A stretch of 64,000 nucleotides of DNA, taken from a virus. Under the pieces are notes generated by a model, which was not told where the DNA came from, made no database searches, and worked only from the letters and a program-made list of their open reading frames with translations. This document shows, piece after piece, positions 1-9,457 of this stretch. Position 1 is the first letter of the stretch; each line of letters starts with the position of its first letter. The stretch spans positions 49,158 through 113,157 of the IMG/VR virus record IMGVR_UViG_3300032282_001564; one strand, given 5' to 3'. Made by a program: the position numbers and the translations under genes.

Positions 1-132
1 GGTGTTTCACAAGCCGCTGACCATATACACTCAATTACAATAACAGGTAATACTGGATCTATTGGTTCTAGTACATCATTTGATACACGCCCACCATATT
101 ATACATTGTGCTTCTTACAAAAGGCGTATTAA
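1..132 (+). CDS. Partial (3' end) tail/baseplate collar-type protein
   Basis: Frame 1 reads ...DHIHSITITGNTGSIGSSTSFDTRPPYYTLCFLQKAY*. The RPPYYxLxFxxK ending is typical of phage tail collar/baseplate proteins. The TAA overlaps the next ATG (TAATG). Confidence 0.7.
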   Translation, partial: GVSQAADHIHSITITGNTGSIGSSTSFDTRPPYYTLCFLQKAY

Positions 133-722
133 TGATAATTGAGCTTGACAATTATGTAAATGCTGAGGACCTTGCTTATATACGTGAGCAAATTGAACCA
201 CGCATTACCGGATATGGCGAGCCAAACGAATACCATAGGGCTGGCACTACTTTAACAATAGCGAAAATTTCAGAATTAACAGATTTGAATTCTCGTTTGA
301 GCAACATATTCCGCAATGTTAAAGTACGCATCAGAAGAGATTACCGCCCAAGTTATAGTGGCATGGGTGATAGTGGCTACGAATTCCATAGATATCAGCC
401 CGGGGATATTTGCAAACCCCACGGCGACAGCGAAATTGTAGCTGGGGAACCACATTTACGTTACGCCAGTGTGGTACTGCACTTAAATACAGTAGAAACT
501 GGCGGGGAATTAATATTCCCAACCCAAGATATTCGGGTAAAAACAAAAGCAGGAAAAATAGTAGTTTTTCCGCCCTACGGCATGTTTAATCATTACACAA
601 CCCCAAGCGAAGAAGTACGAGATGTAATAGTAACTTGGTTTACATATGATGGATTAAGTGTTGTTAAAAACGGCATAAATATAACGAGCAATCAAGGATT
701 ATTAAATGGCATACACAATTGA
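132..722 (+). CDS. 2OG-Fe(II) oxygenase (prolyl 4-hydroxylase-like)
   Basis: HxD (PHGD), 'SVVLHLN', 'GGELIF', distal His (NHYT) and Arg (VRDVIVTW). ATG at 132 is coupled to the upstream stop. Confidence 0.85.
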   Translation: MIIELDNYVNAEDLAYIREQIEPRITGYGEPNEYHRAGTTLTIAKISELTDLNSRLSNIFRNVKVRIRRDYRPSYSGMGDSGYEFHRYQPGDICKPHGDSEIVAGEPHLRYASVVLHLNTVETGGELIFPTQDIRVKTKAGKIVVFPPYGMFNHYTTPSEEVRDVIVTWFTYDGLSVVKNGINITSNQGLLNGIHN

Positions 723-2532
723 CCTTAGCAACGGTACCAGTCTAATTACAGGCGGTCTTTCAGACGGAACCGTAGATACTAGCCACACAAGTTTAGTTTT
801 AATTGGTAAAAACTACGCCGGTTACGGACAGTTCCTCAATGACAACTTTGTTCGATTGTTGGAAAACTTTGCTAACAGTACTAGCCCAGCTAATCCTTTA
901 GCAGGACAATTATGGTGGGACACAACAAACGCGGTTATGCGTGTATACACCGGCAATAGCTGGAAAATTTCTACAGGTGCTACATCAAGCCCTGCAAGTA
1001 GTCCTCCTGGAGACCTAAGCGCCTTGGGTGGCGACCTATGGTTTGACAGTACAAACAACCAATTAAAGTTATACACTGGTAGCCAATGGTTAGTTGTTGG
1101 TCCAGTTGCAACAACAGCAACAGGTGACTCTGGTGCGTTTCCGGCTCTAATTACAGACTCGGGCGGTGCTGTGCGTACAATCGTACAACTTAAAATTAAA
1201 GGTATTGTATATGCCATATTTGCATATGAAAACTTTAACACAAGTACACCAGGCTTTGCCACAATCCGTGCAGGTTTAAACTTTAATACAAACAATACCC
1301 CAGCAATGGGCCTAAGCACACAAGATACAGCCGCTACAGCAAGTACACTAGTACAACGTGACAGCAGTGGTGGTATTACTGCCGCATCAGTAGCATCAGG
1401 GACTATTAATACCACCGGATTGATTACAAGCGGCGGTGGTTTTAGCGGATCACTAAGCGGTAACGTTGCTGGCCAATTAGTTAACTCGACTCAAGTATTA
1501 GCTACTACTGTTAGTACAGCTAGTACAGTAACAGCCGCAGGCGGTTTTGTCGGCACAATAAACACAGCCGCACAACCAAACATTACTACCTTGGGTAACG
1601 TATTCAACTTATCAACCAATGGTCAAACTAGTTTAACTGGTTATGCTACTTATAATGGTGCTGAAATTGCTACTACTGGTGCTAATGCTAGTATTACTTT
1701 TGGCTACTTAGACAGCACTATCATTGGTTCTATTACACCACGTCTAGGTAAGTTTACAGATTTAATTGTTAGTAACGTAGCATATCCATTTGCAACTGGC
1801 GTTATTAACTTAGGACAACCCGGTGCAGTATGGAACGGTGTTTACGCTAACGCGGCAATCACCAGCAGAATTATTAACTCTGGTAATGCATCCATTGGTG
1901 GTATATTAACTGTTACTGGTAATGCCAATATGTTGGCTAACCTAAGCATTACATCTCAAGTTAATGCAACAACGGTAATGGCGTCGGTTGCAAATATTTC
2001 AACTAGCGTTTATACTCCTTCATTAACAATAGTCAATGGTACTGTTTCTGGTAACATCAATCCTAGTGCTAACCTAGTTAGCAATTTGGGCTCAGTAACC
2101 AACTGGTACAATAACATTTATGGTACTGCTATCCATGCGTTATATGCTGACGTTGCAGAACGATTCCACAGCGATGCTCCATATTCACCAGGAACTGTAG
2201 TTGAATTGGGCGGTCCAGTAGAAATTACCAAAGTGAAAGACGAATTAAGCGATAAAGTCTTTGGCGTCATAAGTACTAATGCGGCTTACTTAATGAATTC
2301 CGGTGCCGGTTCAAACGAAACACACCCACCTGTAGCAATGAGCGGACGAGTTCCAGTTAGAGTAATTGGTTTAATCGCCAAAGGTGAACGTTTAGTAAGT
2401 GCTGGAAATGGTTTAGCTCGAGCTGGAAAATCCACAGAATTAACACCTTGGAATGTAATCGGACGTAGTTTAGTTGACAAAACGGACACCGGTGAAAGTA
2501 CAATTGAAGCTATTGTAAAAATAAATTCATAA
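706..2532 (+). CDS. Tail fibre/virion protein with C-terminal chaperone/autocleavage-like domain
   Basis: Repeated GQLWWD/GDLWFD motifs, G/T/S/N-rich body, C-terminal 'YADVAERF...GTVV..GG...VISTNAAYLMN...GRVPVRV' domain. Confidence 0.8.
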   Translation: MAYTIDLSNGTSLITGGLSDGTVDTSHTSLVLIGKNYAGYGQFLNDNFVRLLENFANSTSPANPLAGQLWWDTTNAVMRVYTGNSWKISTGATSSPASSPPGDLSALGGDLWFDSTNNQLKLYTGSQWLVVGPVATTATGDSGAFPALITDSGGAVRTIVQLKIKGIVYAIFAYENFNTSTPGFATIRAGLNFNTNNTPAMGLSTQDTAATASTLVQRDSSGGITAASVASGTINTTGLITSGGGFSGSLSGNVAGQLVNSTQVLATTVSTASTVTAAGGFVGTINTAAQPNITTLGNVFNLSTNGQTSLTGYATYNGAEIATTGANASITFGYLDSTIIGSITPRLGKFTDLIVSNVAYPFATGVINLGQPGAVWNGVYANAAITSRIINSGNASIGGILTVTGNANMLANLSITSQVNATTVMASVANISTSVYTPSLTIVNGTVSGNINPSANLVSNLGSVTNWYNNIYGTAIHALYADVAERFHSDAPYSPGTVVELGGPVEITKVKDELSDKVFGVISTNAAYLMNSGAGSNETHPPVAMSGRVPVRVIGLIAKGERLVSAGNGLARAGKSTELTPWNVIGRSLVDKTDTGESTIEAIVKINS

Positions 2533-2547
2533 TAGGAAATATAGAAT

Positions 2548-3567
2548 ATGGCGTACCAACAACTAGGACTAATACAAGCATCAGATTACAATGCTTTAGT
2601 CGATACCAACTGGAGTACATCGGCAAATACTCTTAATGCTATTTGGTCCGGTGGACAATATGACGGCGGATATGGCCAAACAGCTATTCCGCAAGTTTCA
2701 ACTGCTGGTACAGTAACAGCTACACAATGGGCGTCATTAATCAATACTTTAAACAGCGTTAAAACACACCAAACAGGTACAGGTACAGGTATTAGTGCTA
2801 CAACAGCTGGTGGTACAATTAACTATCTAACTACATTACAAAGCAGTTTAAGCACAGCATGGTCAAGCCGTTTGTTGTTTAACAGCGTTCAAGGTACAAC
2901 ATCCACTGGTAGTACATACAGCCCTAACTACACATACACCAATGCTCCAACTTTGCGTAGTGATACTATTGTTCGTACTATTACATTTGCATCAGCTGAC
3001 CAAGCTCGTTGGTTCTTTAATGCCGGTGGTCAAATTAACTTTATTGTTACTAGCTGTTCAAACGGCGACGGTACAAACCGTTCTGGAGATATTGTTACTT
3101 TAGTTGGTACAAACTTTGCTAGTTTAACAGCGTTCCGTGCTCATACAAACGGCGGACGTCAGGGCACAGGTGGCACAGCTAACACCAACAACACAGCACT
3201 TGGTTATTATGAAATGACTACAAGCCCACAAACCCTTTCCCAAATTACTAGTACAACCAGTTTATATACCGGTGACTACATGACATTAACTGCTTACACA
3301 AACGGTACACAAGGTCTATACCAAGACCGCGGTAGCGTATTGTACATGGCCTTAACTTATGTAAGTGCATTGCGTACTGACGGTATTTACACAACCAGCG
3401 ATCCACAGGGTTCACAAGGCTCACAAAAAGAAACTGGCGGTGTTAACTACAGCAACTACTGGTACTTTAACGATTCATTAAACGTAACCATTAACCATCG
3501 TGTTGACGTAGTATATCCAGAAACAACAAACATCTCCAATACTTGGGGTACTGTAACAGTTTCCTAA
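2548..3567 (+). CDS. Virion structural protein (tail-associated, Thr/Gly/Ser-rich)
   Basis: 339-aa ORF with structural-protein composition directly after the tail fibre; 'ARWFFNAGGQI' motif. Confidence 0.65.
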   Translation: MAYQQLGLIQASDYNALVDTNWSTSANTLNAIWSGGQYDGGYGQTAIPQVSTAGTVTATQWASLINTLNSVKTHQTGTGTGISATTAGGTINYLTTLQSSLSTAWSSRLLFNSVQGTTSTGSTYSPNYTYTNAPTLRSDTIVRTITFASADQARWFFNAGGQINFIVTSCSNGDGTNRSGDIVTLVGTNFASLTAFRAHTNGGRQGTGGTANTNNTALGYYEMTTSPQTLSQITSTTSLYTGDYMTLTAYTNGTQGLYQDRGSVLYMALTYVSALRTDGIYTTSDPQGSQGSQKETGGVNYSNYWYFNDSLNVTINHRVDVVYPETTNISNTWGTVTVS

Positions 3568-3577
3568 TCCAAAGTAG

Positions 3578-3606
3578 TTGACATACCGGGTGTAGACTAG
3601 TATAAT
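3578..3606 (+). promoter_or_regulatory. Consensus sigma70 promoter
   Basis: TTGACA (3578-3583), 17-bp spacer, TATAAT (3601-3606). Confidence 0.85.
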
Positions 3607-3628
3607 TACTGTCTACACCTTTCTTTCT
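3589..3628 (+). terminator. Intrinsic terminator-like hairpin after the structural genes
   Basis: GGTGTAGAC (3589-3597) pairs with GTCTACACC (3611-3619), inner AGTA/TACT, followed by TTTCTTTCT. Confidence 0.6.
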
Positions 3629-3631
3629 ATT

Positions 3632-3946
3632 ATGAGCGAACTCGAAAAACTTACTGCCGAAATACGACAGGCCACTGATTATCAAATTAATAAACGCATC
3701 CTACGAGAAAAAATCCAAACAGATTTGCATTTACCCTATAATGGCGGATTGTTTAAAATTACACCCGAGCTATTAGCCTTTATGCAAGGTTGGCCAATTG
3801 ATGATATGTATCTTGAAGATGCATATGGTAATCCTATTCAAGTTGACCGACAGGTATTTTTGATTCAAGCACAACAGCATTATCAACAAGTAATGAACAG
3901 ATGGCATCAACAACATGGCGAACTTAAGAAAATCCGCAAAGTCTAG
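3632..3946 (+). CDS. Hypothetical protein
   Basis: 104-aa ORF, first gene after the consensus promoter. Confidence 0.75.
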   Translation: MSELEKLTAEIRQATDYQINKRILREKIQTDLHLPYNGGLFKITPELLAFMQGWPIDDMYLEDAYGNPIQVDRQVFLIQAQQHYQQVMNRWHQQHGELKKIRKV

Positions 3947-4730
3947 GGGCGCCGTAGTATTTGCTCTTAATAACGGGCAAACAGATTATGTAGCCATGGC
4001 GGATCAAACAAGCCGTTTGATCCAACACAACATGGGCATGCCAGTTACACTTGTTACAGATTTAACCAGCGAACCGGAGTTTGCGTATGATCGTATTGTT
4101 CGTATAGACATTGCTGGACACAATTTTAAATTAGATAATGCCACAGTTCGTTGGCGTAATTTTGGACGCTACATGGCATACGAAGCCAGCACATATGATG
4201 AGACATTGTTGCTAGACACTGACTATCTAGTACTTGATGATAGTTTGTTAAAATTATTTGCCACGGACTTTGACTATAGACTAATGCATCACAACGTAAC
4301 TGATTCTGGTCCGCTGTATGAAGAAATGGGAGAAACTAGTTTACCATTTATCTGGGCCACAGTAGTAGCATTTAGAAAAACTGAACGCTCAAGACTATTC
4401 TTTAATCTTGTTGGACGTATACAACGTAATTACAACTACTATAGGACTTTGTTTAATGTTCGCGAAAGTAATTTTAGAAACGATTATGCATTTGCAATGG
4501 CTAATATAATTATAAGTGGTTACGACATTAACGAAGACCAAGGCATTCCTTGGCCAATGTACACATTAGAAAAACCAGTGGTGTCTATTAAACCTACTGA
4601 TAATTTCTTACATGTCAAGTACGCCGATTTGGCAACAGTAGTTCCTTACCAGAATATACACGTAATGGATAAAGAATATTTGTTAAGTGACAATTTTAAA
4701 AATTTAGTAGGAGAACTCTGTGAATCATAA
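3915..4730 (+). CDS. GT-A fold glycosyltransferase-like protein
   Basis: 'YDETLLLDTD' DxD motif, 'RNDYAFA'; resembles GT8/nucleotide-diphospho-sugar transferases. Confidence 0.6.
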   Translation: MANLRKSAKSRGAVVFALNNGQTDYVAMADQTSRLIQHNMGMPVTLVTDLTSEPEFAYDRIVRIDIAGHNFKLDNATVRWRNFGRYMAYEASTYDETLLLDTDYLVLDDSLLKLFATDFDYRLMHHNVTDSGPLYEEMGETSLPFIWATVVAFRKTERSRLFFNLVGRIQRNYNYYRTLFNVRESNFRNDYAFAMANIIISGYDINEDQGIPWPMYTLEKPVVSIKPTDNFLHVKYADLATVVPYQNIHVMDKEYLLSDNFKNLVGELCES

Positions 4731-5538
4731 AGAACAAGCTGGCTTTGTTACTTTTGCACAGAACACAGACCAAGTTGATTATTTAGAACTGGCCGCAGTA
4801 CAAGCACAAAACATTAAACTAACACAAAAGTTAAATCGTACAGCAGTAATAGTAGATAGTGCAACCAAGGAAAAAGTAAATGACGATCATCGTGGCGTTT
4901 TTGATTATATCATTGATCTTCCCCATGATTATAATGATCCTACTAATGCTAGAAAGTTTGCTAATGAGTGGCAAGTCTTTTGGCTTACGCCTTTTAAAGA
5001 AACTGTTAAATTAGAAAGTGATTTACTGTTTACTCGTAGCATTGATCATTGGTGGACAGCATTTAGGTTACGCAACGTTTGTTTAAGCGTAGGGGCAAGA
5101 GATTATCGCGGTAATAGAAATTATAAAAATTTATACCGTAGAGAATTTCCAGAAAATGAACTACCTGATGTATACAACGGATTAATGTATTTTAGATATA
5201 GCCAAGAAGCTGTACAATTTTTTAATGTTGCCCGTGCTGTTTTTAATAATTGGGCACACATAAGAGACAACCTACTGATTAACTGTAGAGATGAAACTCC
5301 GAGCACAGATGTACTGTATGCGGTTACTGCACTTATAGTTGGACCAGAAAATTGTACAGCACACAGTTTAGATTTTATAAACTTTACACACATGAAATCG
5401 GCATTCAATGGATGGAGTGATAACCGTATGTGGACCGACACAGTAGTCGGCGAAACAGATGGTAATATGATACGAATTAATAATTTAAATCAATACCATC
5501 CGGTACATTACTACGATAAAGATTATGTTAAAAGATGA
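4720..5538 (+). CDS. GT-A fold glycosyltransferase-like protein (paralog of the previous gene)
   Basis: 'TPFKETVKLESD' (ExD variant of DxD), 'YNGLMYF', 'STDVLYA'. Confidence 0.55.
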   Translation: MNHKEQAGFVTFAQNTDQVDYLELAAVQAQNIKLTQKLNRTAVIVDSATKEKVNDDHRGVFDYIIDLPHDYNDPTNARKFANEWQVFWLTPFKETVKLESDLLFTRSIDHWWTAFRLRNVCLSVGARDYRGNRNYKNLYRREFPENELPDVYNGLMYFRYSQEAVQFFNVARAVFNNWAHIRDNLLINCRDETPSTDVLYAVTALIVGPENCTAHSLDFINFTHMKSAFNGWSDNRMWTDTVVGETDGNMIRINNLNQYHPVHYYDKDYVKR

Positions 5539-5866
5539 AGATGTATTTGCGTTACTAACTCCTGCACCGCAAGTAGAAATAGAGTATAGGATCTACTACA
5601 ACGATGCAGGCGATATTACGCATTGCTCAATGATAGAACACGCCGATGGAAATTACATTGTTGTGGATAAAGACACATACAATAATTATTTCCAATACCA
5701 CATAGTCAACGGTAAGTTAAAAAAGATAGAATCGGACGCTAGATATATCGTAAAATTGCGTAAGTCAACAAAAGGATATCCTGTAGTAGCAGGAAACGCC
5801 AGCTTAATATTAGAGCCGGGCGAAACACATGAAAATATAGAATACTATGAACGAACAGATAATTGA
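5525..5866 (+). CDS. Hypothetical protein
   Basis: 113-aa ORF overlapping both neighbours. Confidence 0.7.
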   Translation: MLKDEDVFALLTPAPQVEIEYRIYYNDAGDITHCSMIEHADGNYIVVDKDTYNNYFQYHIVNGKLKKIESDARYIVKLRKSTKGYPVVAGNASLILEPGETHENIEYYERTDN

Positions 5867-6743
5867 TATTGCTGATATAGATTGCATTTACCTTAGTTAT
5901 GATGAACCACGTAAAGAAGAATTTTGGATTATGATTCAAAATATGGTTCCTTGGGCTGAACGTGTTGATGGTATTAAAGGGTCAGACGCCGCACATAAAG
6001 CGGCCGCAATGACTAGTACCACTGATTGGTTTGTACTAATTGATGGAGACAATATACCAGACCCTGACTTCTTTAATAAACAATTAATACTAACAGACGA
6101 ACACCAAGGTGGTGCATTTCGTTGGCGAGCTCGTAATGTTGTTAACGGATTAATGTATGGCAACGGTGGTATGAGTGTGTGGTCAAAAGAATTTGTAATG
6201 AATATGCGTACACACGAAGCAAGTGATGGTACTGCGGCCAACGATGTAGAGTTTTGTTTTTATCCTAACTACTACAGTATGAATGATTGTTATAGTACAA
6301 CACATCCTAATGCTACTCCATTCCAGGCCTGGCGTGCCGGATTCCGCGAAGGTGTTAAGATGTCGTTAGATCGCGGAGCAAAGCCTAGTCTTGAAGAATT
6401 TGAACAGCGTGTACATAGTCGCAATTATGATCATTTGTGCATTTGGCAAAGCGTTGGCGCCGACGCAGAAAATGGCTTTTGGTCTATTTACGGAGCACGA
6501 CTTGGTACTTACATGACCATGATTGAAGGATGGAATCACAAAGAAGTACAAGACTTTGATGTGCTGGCTAAACTATGGGAATCGTTTAGCCAAGACGGCG
6601 CTGACCAATGTTGTAGTGTAGGCGACACACTACGTAGAAAATTAGGCATGCCTATAGTAGATATGGATCCTGCTGAAAGTGAGTTCTTTAAACATCACTA
6701 CAGATCGCAACATAAAAATTTAGGAATAATGATTCGTGAGTAA
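5847..6743 (+). CDS. Glycosyltransferase-like protein (GT-A)
   Basis: 'YLSYDEP', 'GIKGSDAAHKAAA', 'IDGDN' DxD, 'AWRAGFREGVKM'; homologous to the C-terminal part of 31779-33434. Confidence 0.6.
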   Translation: MNEQIIDIADIDCIYLSYDEPRKEEFWIMIQNMVPWAERVDGIKGSDAAHKAAAMTSTTDWFVLIDGDNIPDPDFFNKQLILTDEHQGGAFRWRARNVVNGLMYGNGGMSVWSKEFVMNMRTHEASDGTAANDVEFCFYPNYYSMNDCYSTTHPNATPFQAWRAGFREGVKMSLDRGAKPSLEEFEQRVHSRNYDHLCIWQSVGADAENGFWSIYGARLGTYMTMIEGWNHKEVQDFDVLAKLWESFSQDGADQCCSVGDTLRRKLGMPIVDMDPAESEFFKHHYRSQHKNLGIMIRE

Positions 6744-8121
6744 AAGCGATTTTATGTCTGCCGCAGAGCAGATGCAGGCAAAGCTAGGCCCAGCACTATG
6801 TTTGGCTAAATGGAAACAAGTAAGTTTACATTTACCTACAGGGTTAACTAACAGTTGTTATCATCCTCCGCTACACACAATCGATGCTGAAGAGATTAAA
6901 ACAAAACCCGGAGCACTACACAACACAGCACATAAAAAGGCTCAGCGTGTTATTATGCTTAAGAATGAGCGTCCGCAAGAGTGTAGTTATTGTTGGACAC
7001 AGGAAGACTTAGGTAATTTAAGCGATCGTCATTATAGGTCAGGTGAGCCTTGGGCCGCAGAAGATTATGACGTTATTAAAAACAGCAAAGGAACTGAAGA
7101 TGATGTTATTCCGTCGTATGTCGAGGTTAACTTTAATCATGCGTGTAATTTGCGATGTAGTTATTGTAGCCCTCAGTTTAGCAGTAGCTGGCAAACAGAA
7201 GTGGACAAGTATGGCGGCTACCCAACAAGTGTCATTCATAATGATCCTAGTCATTTTACTGGCAATCGTCGGCCTATACCACATTCCCACGATAATCCTT
7301 ATGTTGATGCCTTCTGGGAATGGTGGCCTACACTATATCCTAAACTAAAACATTTCCGCATGACCGGTGGTGAGCCATTGATGGACAAGAATACATACAA
7401 AGTATTTGACTATGTATTGGCCTTACCTAACCCAGAATTGCATTTGGATGTGACCAGCAACTTCAGTGTGGAAGATAACTTGATGAATAAGTATCTTGAC
7501 TATGTAAAACAATTATGTTCTACACAAATTGAACATTTTATGCAGTATGTTAGTGTAGACACCGGCAACGTCAAACATGCTGAATATATCAGGCACGGAC
7601 TTGATATGAATCGACTACACGAGAATGTCAACAGATTCTTAACAGAAATTCCATACCGTAATAGTCTAACATTTATTATTACCATGAATAATCTAAGTGT
7701 ACTTGGATTACAACGACAATTAAATTGGATTCTTGAATTGCGTAAAAAGTACAGCACTACATATCAACGTGTTTGGTTTGACACTCCGTTGCTACGTACA
7801 CCGACTTGGCAAAGTCTACAAATACTGCCACCTGTGTATGCCGGTGTGCTAGAACGTGTGGCCGATTGGATGGAATTACATTTAGAAACCGCAGACAAGC
7901 CATTTCAAGGTTTTAAAGACTATGAAGTACAGCGTATGCGTAGGGATATAGATTGGATGAAAGAAGGTTGTAATCTAGATCCAAAATATGTTAAACTGCA
8001 ACGTGCAGATTTTTATCGTTTCTTTAATGAACACGATAAACGTCGTGGCACAGACTTTTTAGCAACATTTCCTGAAATGCGAGAATTTTGGAAAGAATGT
8101 GAGTACCATGCCAAGAATTAA
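6736..8121 (+). CDS. Radical SAM protein with N-terminal Cys-rich (twitch/SPASM-like) domain
   Basis: CNLRCSYC, 'TGGEP', N-terminal C..W...SCYH...CSYC. Confidence 0.9.
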   Translation: MSKSDFMSAAEQMQAKLGPALCLAKWKQVSLHLPTGLTNSCYHPPLHTIDAEEIKTKPGALHNTAHKKAQRVIMLKNERPQECSYCWTQEDLGNLSDRHYRSGEPWAAEDYDVIKNSKGTEDDVIPSYVEVNFNHACNLRCSYCSPQFSSSWQTEVDKYGGYPTSVIHNDPSHFTGNRRPIPHSHDNPYVDAFWEWWPTLYPKLKHFRMTGGEPLMDKNTYKVFDYVLALPNPELHLDVTSNFSVEDNLMNKYLDYVKQLCSTQIEHFMQYVSVDTGNVKHAEYIRHGLDMNRLHENVNRFLTEIPYRNSLTFIITMNNLSVLGLQRQLNWILELRKKYSTTYQRVWFDTPLLRTPTWQSLQILPPVYAGVLERVADWMELHLETADKPFQGFKDYEVQRMRRDIDWMKEGCNLDPKYVKLQRADFYRFFNEHDKRRGTDFLATFPEMREFWKECEYHAKN

Positions 8122-9457
8122 TAACGAGTCAGACTTAGAATACAAACGCCGTGTAATTGACATTAAGTCAGAAAGTTTCTGCGGTGCAAAATGGTATAAC
8201 GCTACTATATGGCTAGGTTCAGGTATGACTACAAGTTGTCATCACCCTTTACCGCATAAGGTAGAAGTAGCAGATGTCATAGCAAATCCTAAAGCATTAC
8301 ACAATACAACACAAAAGAAGATAGAACGCAGTCAGATGCAAAAGGGCGAACGTCCTACAGGTTGTGAATACTGCTGGAAAATCGAAGACATTGGTCGCGA
8401 CAATATTAGCGACCGTGTTTATAAAACTGTTATATACCAAGACAAGGACTTAGACTATGCATACAATCTTGACCCAACCACTGATGTGGATTTACAAACT
8501 CTTGAAATCGCCTTTGACCGCACCTGCCAGTTTGCTTGCTCTTACTGCAACCCTGCCTTTTCTTCCACCTGGGTCAAAGATATCGATCGCAATGGCCCTT
8601 ATACTGGCCTTGTCAGTGATGGCCGTAACCATTTCACTCATTCGCATGGAAGTAGCCAACTATACCGCTTTGGTGAAGAAAATCCATATGTCACAGCTTT
8701 CCACAAGTGGTGGGAATCAGATCTACATAAGACGCTTCAAGAACTCCGTATTACAGGTGGAGAGCCACTTATGTCAGGCGAAACGTGGAAACTTATCGAT
8801 TGGTTTAAGACGAACAAGGGCAAAAGCAAGACACGTCTAGCAATTAATAGTAACCTAGGTACACAAGTAGATATTGATCGTTTGCTTGCAAGTATTGATG
8901 GTGTTGAAATAGATTTATATACCAGCAACGAAGCAATGAATCTACAGGCCGAATATATCCGCGATGGGCTTGTATTTGATGATTGGGCAAACAATGTAGA
9001 ACGACTACTAGACTCAGGTAAGTTCCGTGGGCTTCACGTTATGTGTACAATTAATGCCTTGTGTCTCGATAGCCTTGATAGTTTTCTTGAAATGGTTTAT
9101 AACTGGAAACTAGAATACGGCAAAGACAGTATTAATTTTTCTCTAAATATATTACGCTTTCCTAGTTTTCAAAGTCCGCTAGTATTACCTGACTCGTCAA
9201 GAACGTACTATAGAGAAAAACTGCAAGAGTGGCTGGATCATAACTACAGCAGTGAATTTATACACCGCTTTGAACTTGATCAGTTAAAACGATTAATAGA
9301 TTATCTTGACGTAGTTAAAACTCCACATGCCGGCGCCGCAGAGCAAGAAATATTGCGTAGGGATTTTAAATTGTTTTATCAACAATACGATCAACGCCGC
9401 GGCAAAAACTTTACAGAAACATTTCCTGCATTAGCAGAATGGTATAATACACTATGA
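8108..9457 (+). CDS. Radical SAM protein with N-terminal Cys-rich domain
   Basis: CQFACSYC, 'TGGEP', N-terminal FCGAKW...SCHH...CEYC. Confidence 0.9.
   Translation: MPRINNESDLEYKRRVIDIKSESFCGAKWYNATIWLGSGMTTSCHHPLPHKVEVADVIANPKALHNTTQKKIERSQMQKGERPTGCEYCWKIEDIGRDNISDRVYKTVIYQDKDLDYAYNLDPTTDVDLQTLEIAFDRTCQFACSYCNPAFSSTWVKDIDRNGPYTGLVSDGRNHFTHSHGSSQLYRFGEENPYVTAFHKWWESDLHKTLQELRITGGEPLMSGETWKLIDWFKTNKGKSKTRLAINSNLGTQVDIDRLLASIDGVEIDLYTSNEAMNLQAEYIRDGLVFDDWANNVERLLDSGKFRGLHVMCTINALCLDSLDSFLEMVYNWKLEYGKDSINFSLNILRFPSFQSPLVLPDSSRTYYREKLQEWLDHNYSSEFIHRFELDQLKRLIDYLDVVKTPHAGAAEQEILRRDFKLFYQQYDQRRGKNFTETFPALAEWYNTL

Noticed and set aside
822-1415. Opposite-strand ORFs such as 822-1415, 24849-25325, 27469-28035 and 62838-63281
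   Set aside because: They are shadows of well-supported genes and have no recognisable motifs.
706-2532. Diversity-generating retroelement target in the tail fibre
   Set aside because: No reverse transcriptase or template/variable repeat pair was seen in the window.
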